Shown here: piece after piece, positions 40,801 through 55,600 of the stretch
Numbering within the stretch: the stretch's first letter is position 1
How the letters are laid out: each line of letters begins with the position of its first letter
Assembly: GCA_012295275.1 (NCBI GenBank)
Contig: CM022679.1
Span: 19,654,001 to 19,718,000, forward strand
DNA: 64,000 nt
Direction of reading: 5' to 3'
Source: Chrysomallon squamiferum
Lineage: Eukaryota > Animalia > Mollusca
Translations under genes and position numbers: made by a program
The notes under the pieces: model-generated
What the model saw: only the letters and a program-made list of their open reading frames with translations
Database searches by the model: none
What the model was told of the DNA's origin: nothing

Positions 40801-43800
40801 TGAAATAAACTTATCCCATTGAAACTTCATGCAGAATGTGGAGTACTCAGGATTCCTGCTTATCAACCAATCAAATGAAACTTTCCAACATGTCAGAATA
40901 GAGCAGTACATAAAATGATTATGTAATTAGCATAATAACACTGTAGAAAATTGTTTTTATCCCAAAAATGTATATCTGAAAGGGTTATAATTGGGAGTTT
41001 TGTTTGTAATAAATTTTACAAATATTTTGCTTTATACATAATTTTATAGTGAGAATGTAAAATTTTCAGAGAGGTGTAAATACATTTTGGTAGAAATGTT
41101 TATTTTTGGCTATCTTTTTATTATTTGTGTTTGATAGAATGAAAAGAAAACATGAATATGGAATTAGATTTACTTTACTAAACATTTGACTTCCTAGCCT
41201 TTTATTTATTTTGAAACACTTAGAAATACTCTTTTTTTAAGAATACATTTTTATTTGGAGGTATTCAATCTTATATTTTGAGTTCAGCAATGTTCAGTTT
41301 TACAACAGTGTTTTAAGTTCCAATTGTTTCATTTTACAACAGTGTTTTAACTAACAACTGTTTCATTTGAAAACAATGTTTTAAGTATCATTTCATTTTA
41401 CCACAATGTTTTAAGTAACAATTGTTTCATTTTAAAACAATGTTTTAAGTAACATTTCATTTTACTACAATGTTTTAAGTTCCAATAGTTTCATTTTAGA
41501 ACAGTGTTCTAAATATCTATTGTTTCATTTTAAAATATTATAAGTTCTAGTTGTTTCATTTTACAACAATGTTTTATGTATTAGCTGTTTCATTTTAACA
41601 AGTAACAACTGTCTGATGATAAAAACCAAACACTGAATGTGTAAGATGGTTTTCTCTGTTCAGGATCAAGTGGAGTACATGCTGGTAGAAGGCAAACCTC
41701 ACAGTGATTACTTCTTTATTAGTCCAAGAGATGGTGCTTTGTCTCTGAAGAAGAGTCTTAGAGATACAACATTTGAAAAATTTGAAGTACGAATTTTGAG
41801 TAAATTATAGTCCCAGAATTGAATGGTTTTGAATGGGTTTTTAATTAAATACTGCTTTATATCTGTTTGAAAATGATTTAGGAAATTTAGCAATAACAAG
41901 ATTAATATGAGTTGCAGTAGTGAATGTTTTTCAGTGTTTTTGTTATTGTTGTTGTTGTTGTTGTTTTAATTAAATACTGCTTTATATGACATGTTTAATA
42001 AGGACATAAAGAACATTTTTTAAATATAACTTAAAATGTTTGAGCTGTAAACGTCACTATTGATATATATTTTAAGTTTCAGATTACAATAAATTAGTTC
42101 CTGCTGAGAGTGGAAAAAACATGGATGAAAAAAACAGTTTGAGATTACAAGAAAGACAGAAAAATGTACAGAATGACATAGGGACAGAAGTACTGACAAA
42201 TAACATTATGAAATCACTGACATTATTAAACCATGCACTATTAATAATGGTAGGGGATCTACAACATAAATAATATTAAATAGAAAACTAGTTTCTACTA
42301 ATATGGTATTGTTGGACTAAAATTTTTATTTCAGTTTAATGTTGAAGCCAGTGATATGCAGCCTCAAGTAAAAACATCCAGTGCAAACATCATCATCACC
42401 GTTGTGAGAGATCTGCACGTTCCAAAGTTCCTGCAGTCGCCGTTTGTTGTCAGCATTCAGGAAGATGTGGCTGATGGAAGCAGCATTTTTAATGTGGCAG
42501 CCACTGATGATGATCTTGTGGTTTGCATTAAAATTCTCTTAGTTTAACTAGAGAGACGTGATACAATAAACTTAACTGATTTGAAGCTGTGGTTTAACAT
42601 GTTCACCAGGATTTAATGATTCACAAATAAAATAATTAACTGAATGTCATTTTATAAATTTACAAACTGAAAAATGAAAATTGTGTAAAATGTTTTTAGG
42701 GAGAAATCATCTTTGAAACAGATGGAAGTGGAATGGCTGAAGCATTTTTTGAACTGGTGCCAGGTCCAGCCATGAATCCACGGGAAGCCGTTGTCGTTGT
42801 TGTTGATGCTGACATGTTCTACAGACATTTTGGTCAAAGTTACGAGGTACGTGATCAACCTGTTAAAAACTCACTTGTTTTTCATAAACCAGTGTTACAT
42901 GTGAAGTTAGTTTTGTCACCCAGATATAATGAATAAATAACTGTAATGAGTTTATTGAATTCCTATTTAAAAATCAGTTTATTGAATCCCAATTTAAAAA
43001 TGAGTTTTAGTTGATTCTTAGAAAATAGTTTTATCTGTCACCTTTATTTCTATAAAATACACCATTATCACAAATTTCCCTATTATTTCAAAACAAAATG
43101 TATTTCTAAGTTTTCTATTTCAGCTGAGGATTGTAGCATTTGACTCTGCCTACCCAGAGACTCGGGCAACAGCTCAGTTGACAATACAAGTTGAGAGAAA
43201 TCTGAACTCACCAAAATTTTCACGCTCACGTTTTGAAGTGACTGTTGAATCAGACCAGGAGCTGGGTGTGCCTTTCTTTAACATCAGTGCTTCAGACCTG
43301 GATGGGGTAAGTTATCTCATGTTTTCTGAAGAAAGAGAAATTACGAATTTTAAAAATACTAACACTGATTCATGGATAATATTGAGGATGTGAAGCAGTA
43401 TCAGTGTCAAAGAGTTATAGAACACTGAGTTAAAAACTAAACAGTGCTGTACAAAAACGGTTTTAAATATCTATCTATAACTGAGTCATCACTGACTTGG
43501 TTAGTCAGAAGTTCACTTTTTTTTTATCTAAAGATATTCGGATTTACTCCAGAATAACTGACAGGTATACAAAATTTAGATATTTAGTTTTCAGAGTTAC
43601 TCATGTAAAAAAAAAAAAAACCAAAACAATAAAAGCATACAAAAACCAAACTAATATTTTTGTATGTATATTTTTTATATGTTCCTTTTATATGGATTAT
43701 GTATGTGTATTAATTTCATTATATTGGCTATATATATATATATATATATTATCTGTGCTCAGCTCCTTTATCTTTCTACATAATATTTCTTGGTCATATT

Positions 43801-46800
43801 CATTTTCAGGACCCAGTTGTGTACAGTATAGAAGGAGATGATGTAGCAAAGCGGTTCTATGGCATTCATCCCTTTACTGGAAACATTTTTGTCAAACAGT
43901 CACTTTTATCTGGAAATCAAGATTCTGATACTGTATGTTACTGAGAAAATATTTCTAAAATTTTAATAATGTACCTGTCTGTTAAACAACACATTTGAAA
44001 AAAACCACACAAAAACATTTGTTTTTTATGCTGTCATTAGATTGTTTAATAAGAGAATTCAAAAGTGTCTGAATTATGGAAGGACATTCCTTTGTGTTTT
44101 GTTTTAAAATATTCTTATAAAGAGAGATAAACAGTATTTAGTATTCAATTTAGTTTCATTTATTCTAGGTTAATGTTCAGTTTTTGTTTATTGTGATAAT
44201 ATCTTTAGATAATATTTTTTCTAGAAGCTATTTTTTTATATAATATATGTGGAAACATTTATAATTAACGTTTGCTATATAAAATCTGTGTATAATAACT
44301 GAAATTGTAAACCAGGAGCTGAAACTATAATATATTCTTATTTTTCAGATTAAATTACAAGCAACTGATGACAGAATCCCTGAAAAAACTGGGATGGCTC
44401 TTGTTATGGTATCTATCAAGAGGGACCACTATTCTCCTGAGTTTTTAAGAGAACCTTACAACAAAACCATCTTTTCTACAGATAAAGTAGGAATGACTGT
44501 TATCCAGCTGTCAGCTACCGACAAAGATATAAGAGTTAGTGAATACAGCTGTTTTATCTTTCATTTCATTTCACTTATCTGTTCTTTTAACCAGTTTCCT
44601 CCATTTTACCCTGTTTTCCACTTCACTCTGTCTTTTTGTGAACACCAAGCCTGTCCGTTCCTTTCTGTCTGTCTCATCGTTTCACCCCTTTCATGGTGGC
44701 TCACAAAATGGTTGTAGCTAAATCTGATGAAAAGTAGACACACCACTATAGTTTACATCGGTTTATGATCTTTCATCATCTCCATATAACTGTTTAACTT
44801 GAAACAACAGTTATTATGACATTATTCATAAAATTATTATTATTATTATTATTAAAACAAGTGTCTTCAAGAATAGGTTTCTTTATAATAATATGTTGAT
44901 TATGAAGATTCTATTTTACTTGTTTTTATTTTATATAAAATTTAATTTCAGGGCACACTGTTATACAAAGCAGTTGGTAAATATCCTGCTCCAACTTTCT
45001 TCTCAGTGCACAATACATCAGGAAAGGTGACAATCACAGAGAAAGTCACCCAGGATACACTAGAAAGAGATTTGTACGAGGTAACATAATCTATTTTAAT
45101 TAAAATGTTAACTGATGTTAGTACATGTGCATTAAAATGAAGTATTGTGTGTAATCATTATCTAATGCACATATAAATAAATTTTTACTTTCAGCTGCAT
45201 GTTGTAGTCTATGATGATTTCTACCCTACAAATGTAGCAACATCCACTGTTACAGTCCATGTTATCAGAAATCCCTCACAGCCATCTTGTTCTCCTCAAG
45301 CCATCTCTGCAGTGATAACCGAAAGCTCTCCAGTTGGTTATGTGGTTGGTGATGTCAATGCGACAGATGCTGATGGGGTGAGTTTAATTATTTAGACTTT
45401 ATCAAGACTATTGCATATTCAAATACTTTAGTCTAGACCTGAGTGCTACAGCAGTTACTGAGATCCACCACTACTCATTCAATGTTCCTTCAGTAAGTAT
45501 AAAAAGGAAGTTGACAAGCCTGTGAGTAAGCTTGAATATGTTACATAAAAATTATGTCCTGTTTAGTTCAAATGTTAAGTGATATGAGTTCTACATTGTA
45601 CATGTTGTTTGTTTTTTTAATTATTTTTCTTACATTTATATTTTCATTTCCATCTTTATATATTTTAATATGAATTTATTTTCTATTCTCTTATAGATTT
45701 AAATAATACAAATTTATTGGTACCTTTTGAAAAACTGTATAACTGATCTTGAATGTTATTTATATTACATCATAATATGGAATACTTATCTTTAGGAATG
45801 ATTGACATTAAAACACATTTATGAACAAGATATTCTTTTATGTTACTTTAATTTTTCTTAATTTATTTTAATTTTGTCTGTATTATTATTATTAATTTTG
45901 TAAATTAATTTCTAAGTTATCTTTTTATGTTACATTTAACTTTCAGGATATATTAACCTACAGGATTGACTCAAAAGATGAAGACACATTTAAATTTTTC
46001 TTTGTTGATTCCTCAAATGGTCAGATTGTGTTAAAACTACCTTTGTCCAAAGATGTTACTAGAAAATTCTTCTCAGTAAGTATTTTAATGAAGAGTTGAT
46101 CCTAGAGAACTGCTTGAAAAATCTTTTAAAATAGTTCACAAAACAGCTATGTAGTAAATATAATAACATATTATTGTTTTTTGTTTTTTTTATTTTATGA
46201 AAAACTAAATGTATTTGCAAACAAACATTTCTAAATTAAAAAAAAAAATAGCATAAAACAGAATTATACAATTTTTTTTACAACATTTTTATCACATGAT
46301 CAAATTAAATGTTTAGAACAGGTAAAAATAATTGGTTTAACCTTAAGTAACCAAATAAATAAAAGTAAAATGATCATTTTTTTAAAAATAAAATGTTTTT
46401 TTTCCCAGTTCAGTGTCAAAGCCAGTGATGGTGGTTCTCCAATTCCTAAAGTCTGTTCTACGAGTGTGGCTGTTTCAGTGACACAAGATGAACCTCCATT
46501 TTTCATGCGTCTTCCCTACAAAAGAGACATCTTTGAAACCATTGAACCTGGGTCCACCATATATGTTGTCAGTGCAGCAGATAAAGACCAAAGTGTATGT
46601 TTTAATAATTACATTTTTCACTAGTTCTCAATTATTTACAAATGTATTCTAATAATGTTCAGGCAGACTCAGATCTCAACAACTGAGGGACATGACTTTG
46701 AACATTATTAATATTTTTTTTGGAAACAATTTTTATATTTGTATGTTTGTTTTGAAACACTGAAATAAAAATATTTTAAATGAAACTTTAAACATCTCAG

Positions 46801-49626
46801 GAACTTGATAGAAATATAATGTTCATTTCATTAGTTTAATGTTTGTTATTCATTTATTTTTGAGTCTAATAAGAATTTTAAAACTAAAATCTATATTTCC
46901 TGTTGACAGGGTTCTTTAGTGTATAATTTAATTGGAGATTACAGAGCTCCATATTTCTTCAGTATCAACAACAACACTGGGGAGATCTCTGTAGTTCACA
47001 GCATCAAGAAGGACTATGTTGACAAATACACAGTTAGTCTCACTTCTTTATATATAACATTCAAATATTAACTCAAACAGTCTGTGTTAAATATTGTAGT
47101 TCTTCAAATCTTAATAAATACATATTTTCAAATTTTTACATAATCTATGATTAATTATTTTTTTTTAAATATATGTATATGTATATTAATTTGCTTGTTT
47201 TTTAATGTTTTATATAGATCCATATATACATGCTTTTTAATCAGTCGAACCCTTTTGCAAAGCAAATAGATATTTGTTTTTGAATATTTATGATGTTTTA
47301 TTTTCTATTTAGCTTCGAGTGATTGCTTATGATTCTGGTTTTCCTGAAAATACGGCAACAGCCTCTGTAGAACTGAATGTCATACGTAACCTGGGTGTTC
47401 CAGAGTGGAGCATGCTCAGATGTGAAACTACCATAGAGGAACTCACTAAAATAGGAACCATTGTCCTCAATGTCACTGCAGTAGATTCAGACATGGTCAG
47501 TACTTGTTTAACTAGCATTCTTTCTTTTTCTCTTAAATAACAAACAAAGATGTCATTGGAAGATGTTTAGTAGTTGTATTTAATTTTCACAAGTATATTA
47601 TTTATATCTACAGCTAATTAAATATAGGATTTTTTATTTTTTGAATCTCATAAATATATATTTAAAAATATTTAAAAATTATTTAAGGCATGTCTTTCAA
47701 TATTTTTTATAATAAAAACATATATTCAATGTATTTGAATACTTCTAGTCAAAGTTTTACAATATATTTGATTTGACAGGACACAATTATTTACTCGCTT
47801 GGTGACACTTTCCAAACAACAAATCTCAGATTCTTTGCAATCAACTCCTACACTGGCAGCATCAGTGTAATAAAGGAACTAACACATGACATGCAGTCAA
47901 GTGAACAGTATTTGGTTAGTATCACAAAAAGAAACTTTCTTAATATTGATGCAACTAGACTAAGATTTTACCTTTTAATTTTATACTTAATTTTTTTTTT
48001 TTTTAACAATATAACTAAATGATTTTCAGAGGAGATTATAGCAGAGATATTGACAATAGTTCATCTTCCTGATACAGAACTATGTGAACAGAGCTTTAAA
48101 AACGTTTATACAATGTTAGCGATATATTTTCTGTACCATGAAGTTTTTTTCAAAATTTCAGCTGAAGGTTGAAGCCAGTGATCAAAGAAGAAAGGCTCAT
48201 ACTGCATCAACAACGTGCACCATCAACGTTTTGAGAAACAAAGACAAACCACAGTTCAGGAATACACCTTATCAGCTGAAAATCTCAGAAAACACAGCAG
48301 TCAACACAACAGTGCTTTCTGTTACTGCCAACGATGATGACTTGAGAGTAAGTTTTAAACCTCTCTTTCTATCTCTTTCTAGCCCTTCTTCTTATATTTA
48401 TTTATTTATTTACTTATTTATTTATTTATTTACTTAAATGTTGAAGGGCATTGTTAAATAAAACATTTCTTCTAGTTATGTTGTATTTTTATTTTTGTTT
48501 AACCATGTTTTGTTTACATTTGTTATTGTTCTATTTTTTTTTTAATAGAAAACATCAGTGTTCAGTCATTTTAAAAAGTCATTCACATGACACTCATTAT
48601 TTTGTTTCATGATATAAAAATCACATTGACTTGATTTATTTTGAAGGGTGAAGTCATGTATGAAGTAATAGGTGAAAATCTGGCTCCTTTCTTCTTCCGA
48701 GTTGATCCGAATCCTCTGTCAGAGGGTGTGAAGATTGTACTGCAAACAAGTTTACTCACTGTTAAATCAGCAACACAGCTTACTGTGAGTTCTTTTGTCA
48801 TTTAATTTATATCACTGTTTCACAAAAAAAACACCCCAAAAACAACAAAAAACCCACTTTGATCATTTTTCCTTTAAATACTTTAGTCAAAATGTAAAGC
48901 AAAAAAAAAAAAAAAAAGATATTGGATACATTTTTGTCAAAATTAGCAAAGATTTATTCCTTATTCTTTATATAACAAAAGATCATGTCTGTTTTATTTC
49001 ATTTTGCTAGCTTGCATCTTAAAATTACATTATTTTACACATAGATATTTTAGTAAATAAATTTGATTAAACACTATGTAATTATCTTCTAATCATTTTT
49101 AAAAATTTATTTTAAATAAAGCATTTATTTGACAAATATCAGATTGATAAAGTAAGGTAATTAATGTATAAATGAAGAAGTACAAAATATTACACTGATT
49201 TTGAAGGTGATATTTTTCTTATAATTGTCTTTATCCGTCCTTGTGATTTTTTTTTAAAAACAAATTTTATCTAAAATATCATAAACCATACATACTTATC
49301 TGACTTTACAGTTAGTTCTAAAAGCTTTTGACAGTGTCTATCCTGAGGACTATGTGTCAGAAAAGGTTGAGATTGAAATAGCTAGAAATGAATATGGCCC
49401 AGTGTTCACTGACACTCCATACCAAACTTCAGTTGAAGAGGAGGCAGGCATTGGCACATCTGTCATAGTTGTTAATGCCACAGACAAGAATATAAATGTA
49501 AGTAGCACAGCATTTCATTACTACAATAATTTGTAAAAGATAATTCATAGAACTATAACTTATTCATTGTGTTTCTAAATCTAGAACTGTTCTTATGATA
49601 AGGTTCTTTTTATTTTATTATTTTCC

Positions 49627-49660
<34 letters not shown>

Positions 49661-52600
49661 ACCATTATTTTTAATATACTATCAATTTATTTATTATTAT
49701 TGTTAATACTATTAATATTAGTAGTTGTAGTAGTGGAATAGTAATAGTAGTAGTTGTTGTGATGTTGTTGTTATTATTATTATATTCCTTTTTAATACAT
49801 TAATATTTTTATTTAAAATTGTTATTACATTTGTTATTTATTTTTTAAGGTTTTATTTTTTTTATTATTAATTAATTTATTTTATTAAAATTATACAGCT
49901 TGAAAAAGAAAAAAATTAACATATTTATTTTTTGGTTACATATATCTTTCATACACGTACTTAATATTTTTACACTGTATTCAATAAATTAAAATTTTAA
50001 TGTATATGCAATGTTTTTAAATATTTGACAGGACCACATTGAGTTCTTTGCAGAGGGAGAATCAGACACAGCTGACTTGTTCAGACTTGATCCAGACACT
50101 GGATTAATCACAGTGGCCAAACCTTTAATAAAGCTGAAAAAGTCCCTCTATAAAGTAATTTAACATTTTAAAATTACATTATGTCTGTCAGCTTATATTA
50201 TGTAATATATAAAAATAACATAATTTGTTTAATATTAATTGCTCACTTTTCAAGAAAATTGTATAAAAATTACTGATTAGCCTAGTGTCATATAAACTAT
50301 ACAGAATTTAAAAAGTGAATACAGATTTTAATAGAGATTATTCACATTTAGTAATTTAATTATGTACAATTTCAAAATCAAATCCTATGAGGAAGAATAC
50401 AGTTTTGTCCTTTTATTAAATTTCAGTAAACTCGTTTTAGTTTATTTTTTATTGTGGAATTCATACTAGTACTGCATAATCTATTTTATTATTTATAATA
50501 AATAAATTACTTTTAAAAATTATTAGAGTAAATTTAACGTACAGGAAATACCAATAACTAATACCTGTGAGATGAGTGAATAGTACTGCTTCTTGTTAGT
50601 CTTACATGCTGTTTTTACACAGATGATTGTCAATGCTACTGACAATGGCAGTCCTAAACGCTGGGCAGCCTCTGAGGTTTCTATAACAGTGATCAGAGAT
50701 GAGTTTGCTCCAAAATTCACAGAGCTCTATCAGACACAGATCAGTGAAAATTCACCTTTGAGAACCAATGTTTTGCAAGTGAGAGCTTATGATGGAGACC
50801 TTAAGGTAAATATTGACATGGTTACTAATTTATTTTAATTATTTTAAATATTTAATAGTTTGTAATAAAGATTTTAATTTATTGGCAAATTTTCATGGCA
50901 GTTTCTACACAGAAATCAATCTAAGAAAACAGGAACATAAAATTTAAAAAGTGAGGCAAAAAAAACAACAACTAAAATGTTGTGTTCAGTGTTCTTTATA
51001 GTTTGATATGATGTCTAGTTTATAACTTAGTATTTCCTTTCTGTGAAAAGAATCATTTAAAGTATCTCTTCTCAGAAAAATATAAAATATCAGCAGTGAC
51101 GATTCTAAGAAAGACACAGCATCACTGAGTTTATTCTCTCTGGTAAATAAATTTAACAAATGTATTGAGTATATTACTGTAATAAATGCTAACATAAAAA
51201 ATGTATATATTCTATCAAAAGGTGTGTATCTGTTGAGGTACTATTTTCAGGGAAAGATGCAGTACATAAATACTGGAGAATACCCTGCTGACAGTTTTTT
51301 TCAAATAGACCAGTCATCTGGTCAGGTAGTTCTTCAACGCAACCTGAAACAAGACTATGCCAGAAGAAAACAGTATCTGGTACAGCTTGATTATTTTAAA
51401 ATGCCATAAACTAACAATTTTAGACATTTATTACAAAACACTGAATGTAATCTTAAACAGAACTCTTCTAGAAGAAAATATTCTTCAATAAATATAACAC
51501 CAGCAGATTAAGACAAGAATGAAAAGTTAGATCTGTAGAAAACCACGTTTATGTAACACTATACCTGAAAGACGCAATACCAAATTAATTATTTTTAGAA
51601 ATCTTTGCCAAGATCAAATAACTAACTGTTATTTCAGATAAATATAAGAGATAAATAAAAATTTAATTTAATTACAGTTTGTTGTTGAGGCATATGACAG
51701 CATGAGGCCCAACAACAGAGGTACAGCAACAGTGGAAATCAGTGTTATCCGCAACCCAACCCCCCCTCTCTGGATGTCACCGTTTTATGCTATTACAATT
51801 GCTGAAGACTATCCCTTGTTTACTCCAGTGATAAATGTCACAGCAGAAGATCAGGATCCTGGAGTAAGTAGCCACAAATAATCTAAAGTTAAAAACAGAC
51901 AATTTGTTTTAATTTTTATTTTGTTTTTTGTTTGATTTCCTTAAAGACATTTAAGATACTTGAACTTTTTTTAATTTAAAATTTTCTTCATTATCTAACA
52001 TATGGTTTCTCTATTGTAGTAAAGATCTCTGACTTTTTATTAGTACTGAAACTGTTTACTTCACATTCAGTAACCTTATAACTTTTATGAAATCAAATAG
52101 TTAAAGTACAGAGTGAAGATCAATTTATACAGAACAGTCATTAGCATTAATAGTGTAGAGACTGTGTTACTTTTTTATTATTAAACATAATGAGCTGACC
52201 ATGAGGCTGTGACACAATAAGTACTTTTTAGAGGAAGTAACTGCCCTGCAGACTGCAGATATTTTAGTCTCTGATTCTAATTGTTTTCATCTATAAGGCA
52301 GCTGATATTACTATGAACCAGTTAGCTGTTTTATTCAGTGGAAATAATACTTTTCAGGACACTATCAGATACATGATTGATAAAGAATCAGTTGAGAGGG
52401 GTACAAGTTCAGGACCTGCCCAGTATTTCTATGTGGACTCAGATACTGGAATCATTGGTCTCAAAAAAACAGTGCTTGGAACGAACATCAGAGAATTTTT
52501 AGTAAGGAATAAAATTATATTTTTAGAAGCTTTTGTTAGTATACTTTACATTCTCTAATTTACTTTAAAGACATAAAATCATGTCTTGTTAGTTTCATCT

Positions 52601-55600
52601 TTTTACCATTCCAGCCAATGCCTCACAGTTCCTTATCAAAGACTGTACTGATGTGAGAATTGCCACTGGATAAATATAATAGTTACTTCTTAAAATGTTT
52701 GTTTCCAAAATACCCATACTCTCATGTCTTCTAGACAGTGACAAAATATTAATCAGTGTTGTAATAAAATAATGTGTAAACTTGTATCTCTGCAGCTGAT
52801 AATAAAAGCCTGTGACACTGGTATACCTCAGAAATGTGCTGACACGAAGGTGAGAGTTCTGGTCAGTACTGAGGGGTTTGCTCCTGACTGGGTGGACACA
52901 CCTTACACTGTGACAATCAATGAGACAGCAACAGTAGGAAATGTTCTTTTTGTCATCAAGGCCATTGATCGAGATCTAAAGGTAATTATTTTTATTTTTA
53001 TTTTTATTTTACCTTTAATCTGAAAAATTTCATTCCTTTGAAAGGTTATTAATTGTTATTTTTTTAAGAATTTGTTTGTGCAATATTAATAAGCATAAAA
53101 AACTTTTTTTTTCGAATGTACTATTTAATTTTAATATTGACTCAAATTTATTTTTAAAAATACATTTATCTAGCAAGTTTATAAAAGTGAAAAAAACTGC
53201 TCACCAGTAATATTTATACAATTTAATGTCAAAACATAATGCCTAATTTTTAAAATCATCATTTAGTCACATAATAAAAAATTTTTAATTAGATACTTTA
53301 AACAGAAATATTAAGAATTTATAAATCTAAATTTATTAAAGTTTTATAGTTTAAGGAATCAGTTGTGTTAAAAGTAAATTTCTGTGTTATATTTACATAA
53401 TGCGTTAGGTTGGGAGTTACGTTCAGTATGAATTTGTTGATCCAAGACCTGGCTTCTTTGGACTGGATGAACAGAGTGGTGAGATAACTCTGGACAGTAG
53501 TCTTTTGAGTGACATCCGCACTCAGTACTCTGTGAGTGCATTCTTTACATGAAGTATTTGCCAGTTTTTATTTTTAAAATGTGTTTTAATTTTTGTCTTG
53601 CATGCTATTTTGAATGAATACACCAATAAATCTAATTTATTAATCATAAAAAATTAAAAAATTAAATAAATATTAATAATTTATTATCCAGCTGATTTAT
53701 TAACTGAAAAGACGGTGTGATCACACTAAAATGGATATGTTGGTATATATATATTTGTGTGCACATCACAGATTGAACATACTTACTTACAATGACTGTG
53801 GGTTTATCTTCTGTTTTAGTTCAAAGTCATGGCTTTTGATCACCAGGAACCAAGACGAAAGGTAACGACAGATGTAACAATACATGTGAGACGTAACATC
53901 CACTCTCCTGTTTTCCTGCACCGGACATACACACAGACTGTCTCCGAGTACACACGTCCTGGAAGTCTGCTTGTCAACACAACAGCCACTGATGATGATG
54001 GGGTAAAACACAAAGAATTATAGACAATTATGTATATGTCATGTTTGTTCATTTATTCACTCTTTATTTAGTTACCTTTGTTCATTCAGTTGTTTTAGTA
54101 ATTAATTATTTTTATTATTAATTCATTCATTTCTTATTGATTGACTTTGGGTCGTTTAAAGTGATTTACATTTTGTTTTTCTTAGGCAAGATTTTTATTT
54201 CAATTTTTTTCAATTTTTTTTATTCATTTATATAATAATAATAATAATCATATTTATTATTTATTTTTTTATTTTTTTATTTTTTTTGTCTGCAGGATGA
54301 AGTCAGATATTCATTTTTGAATCCTTCTGAAAAAGTAAAAGAAAAGTTTTTCATTGATTCTAGAAGTGGAAATATTTACCTGAAATCATCACTGGAGAAG
54401 ACACCAACAACACTTTTCAGTGTAAGTTACACACTCAACTTCTGTTACAGTGGACGGAATATTACAGTATTATCAAAATGTCTTTATCTGAACTTCATCA
54501 TAAAAATCAGACTAAATTTATTATTATAACTTTACTTTAATCCATTGCACATGCAGATAGTACAAACTTAATTCATAGTGATACAGAAAATGTTGTTAAC
54601 CTAATAATGTAATTTGATAAACACTGCAAAGACACAGAATGTGTGGATTGAGGAACAATCTATGCCCATCCACTGACTGATGTTTTTGTTTCTTTTTCAT
54701 TTCCACCAAAATAATTGTAACTTCTTCATCCATCTCCAGGATATAATGAATGAAAAATATAAACTTTTACTGTTGATATTCCACAGATTACTGTCAAAGC
54801 TGTTGATCAAAAAACTGTCAATGAGAAAACTGCCACAGCTTCAGTGACTGTCATCGTCAACCTTGATGCCAGCCCAAGCTTCACACTGCCGTCATACAGC
54901 AGACAGATAGATGACAAATTTCCTCAGGGTGGCCTTGTAGTTCAAACCACTGCAGTAGATTCAGATTTAAAGGTAGAATGCAAACTTAATATTTATCACA
55001 GTTTACTGAATGTTTTTAAAAACTGACAAGTTATATTGTTTAGAGATTATAATATGCCAGTTTTATGAGGTAACAAGAAAGTAAAAGAGTCTAATCTATG
55101 CAGTGAACTCCTAGTAAAATAGAAACTTATTTTTTAAATAATAAATAATACATAAATACTGAAAATATCAAAACATTTCAGAACTTAAGATTCCTTTTTT
55201 CTTCTTTTTTTTGTTACTTAAAATGAAAAGAATTATATTACATAAAATATATTTTGACCACTTAAATAGGGTGAAATCCAGTATGAATCTGATGGAGTTT
55301 ACCCAGCTGAGATGTTTTTTGCTATCAACAGAACTTCAGGTGGAGTCTATCTTATTCACAGCATTCAGAATGATCCCCTTAGACTACAGACGTACAAGGT
55401 AGCCAGCATAATTATAACACTTTATTTATTTATTTCTTTTCATATGTCAACAATTTATATCTGCAGTGCTTTTTATTTTTTTATTATTTTTACAAATTTA
55501 TTTTCTGTTAATTTTCCAGAAAGAGTAGGGGATTTTTTTGTTTTTTTTATAAAGAATGAAATTCAAATTATTAATATCTGAATTGTTTATTTATTTATTT

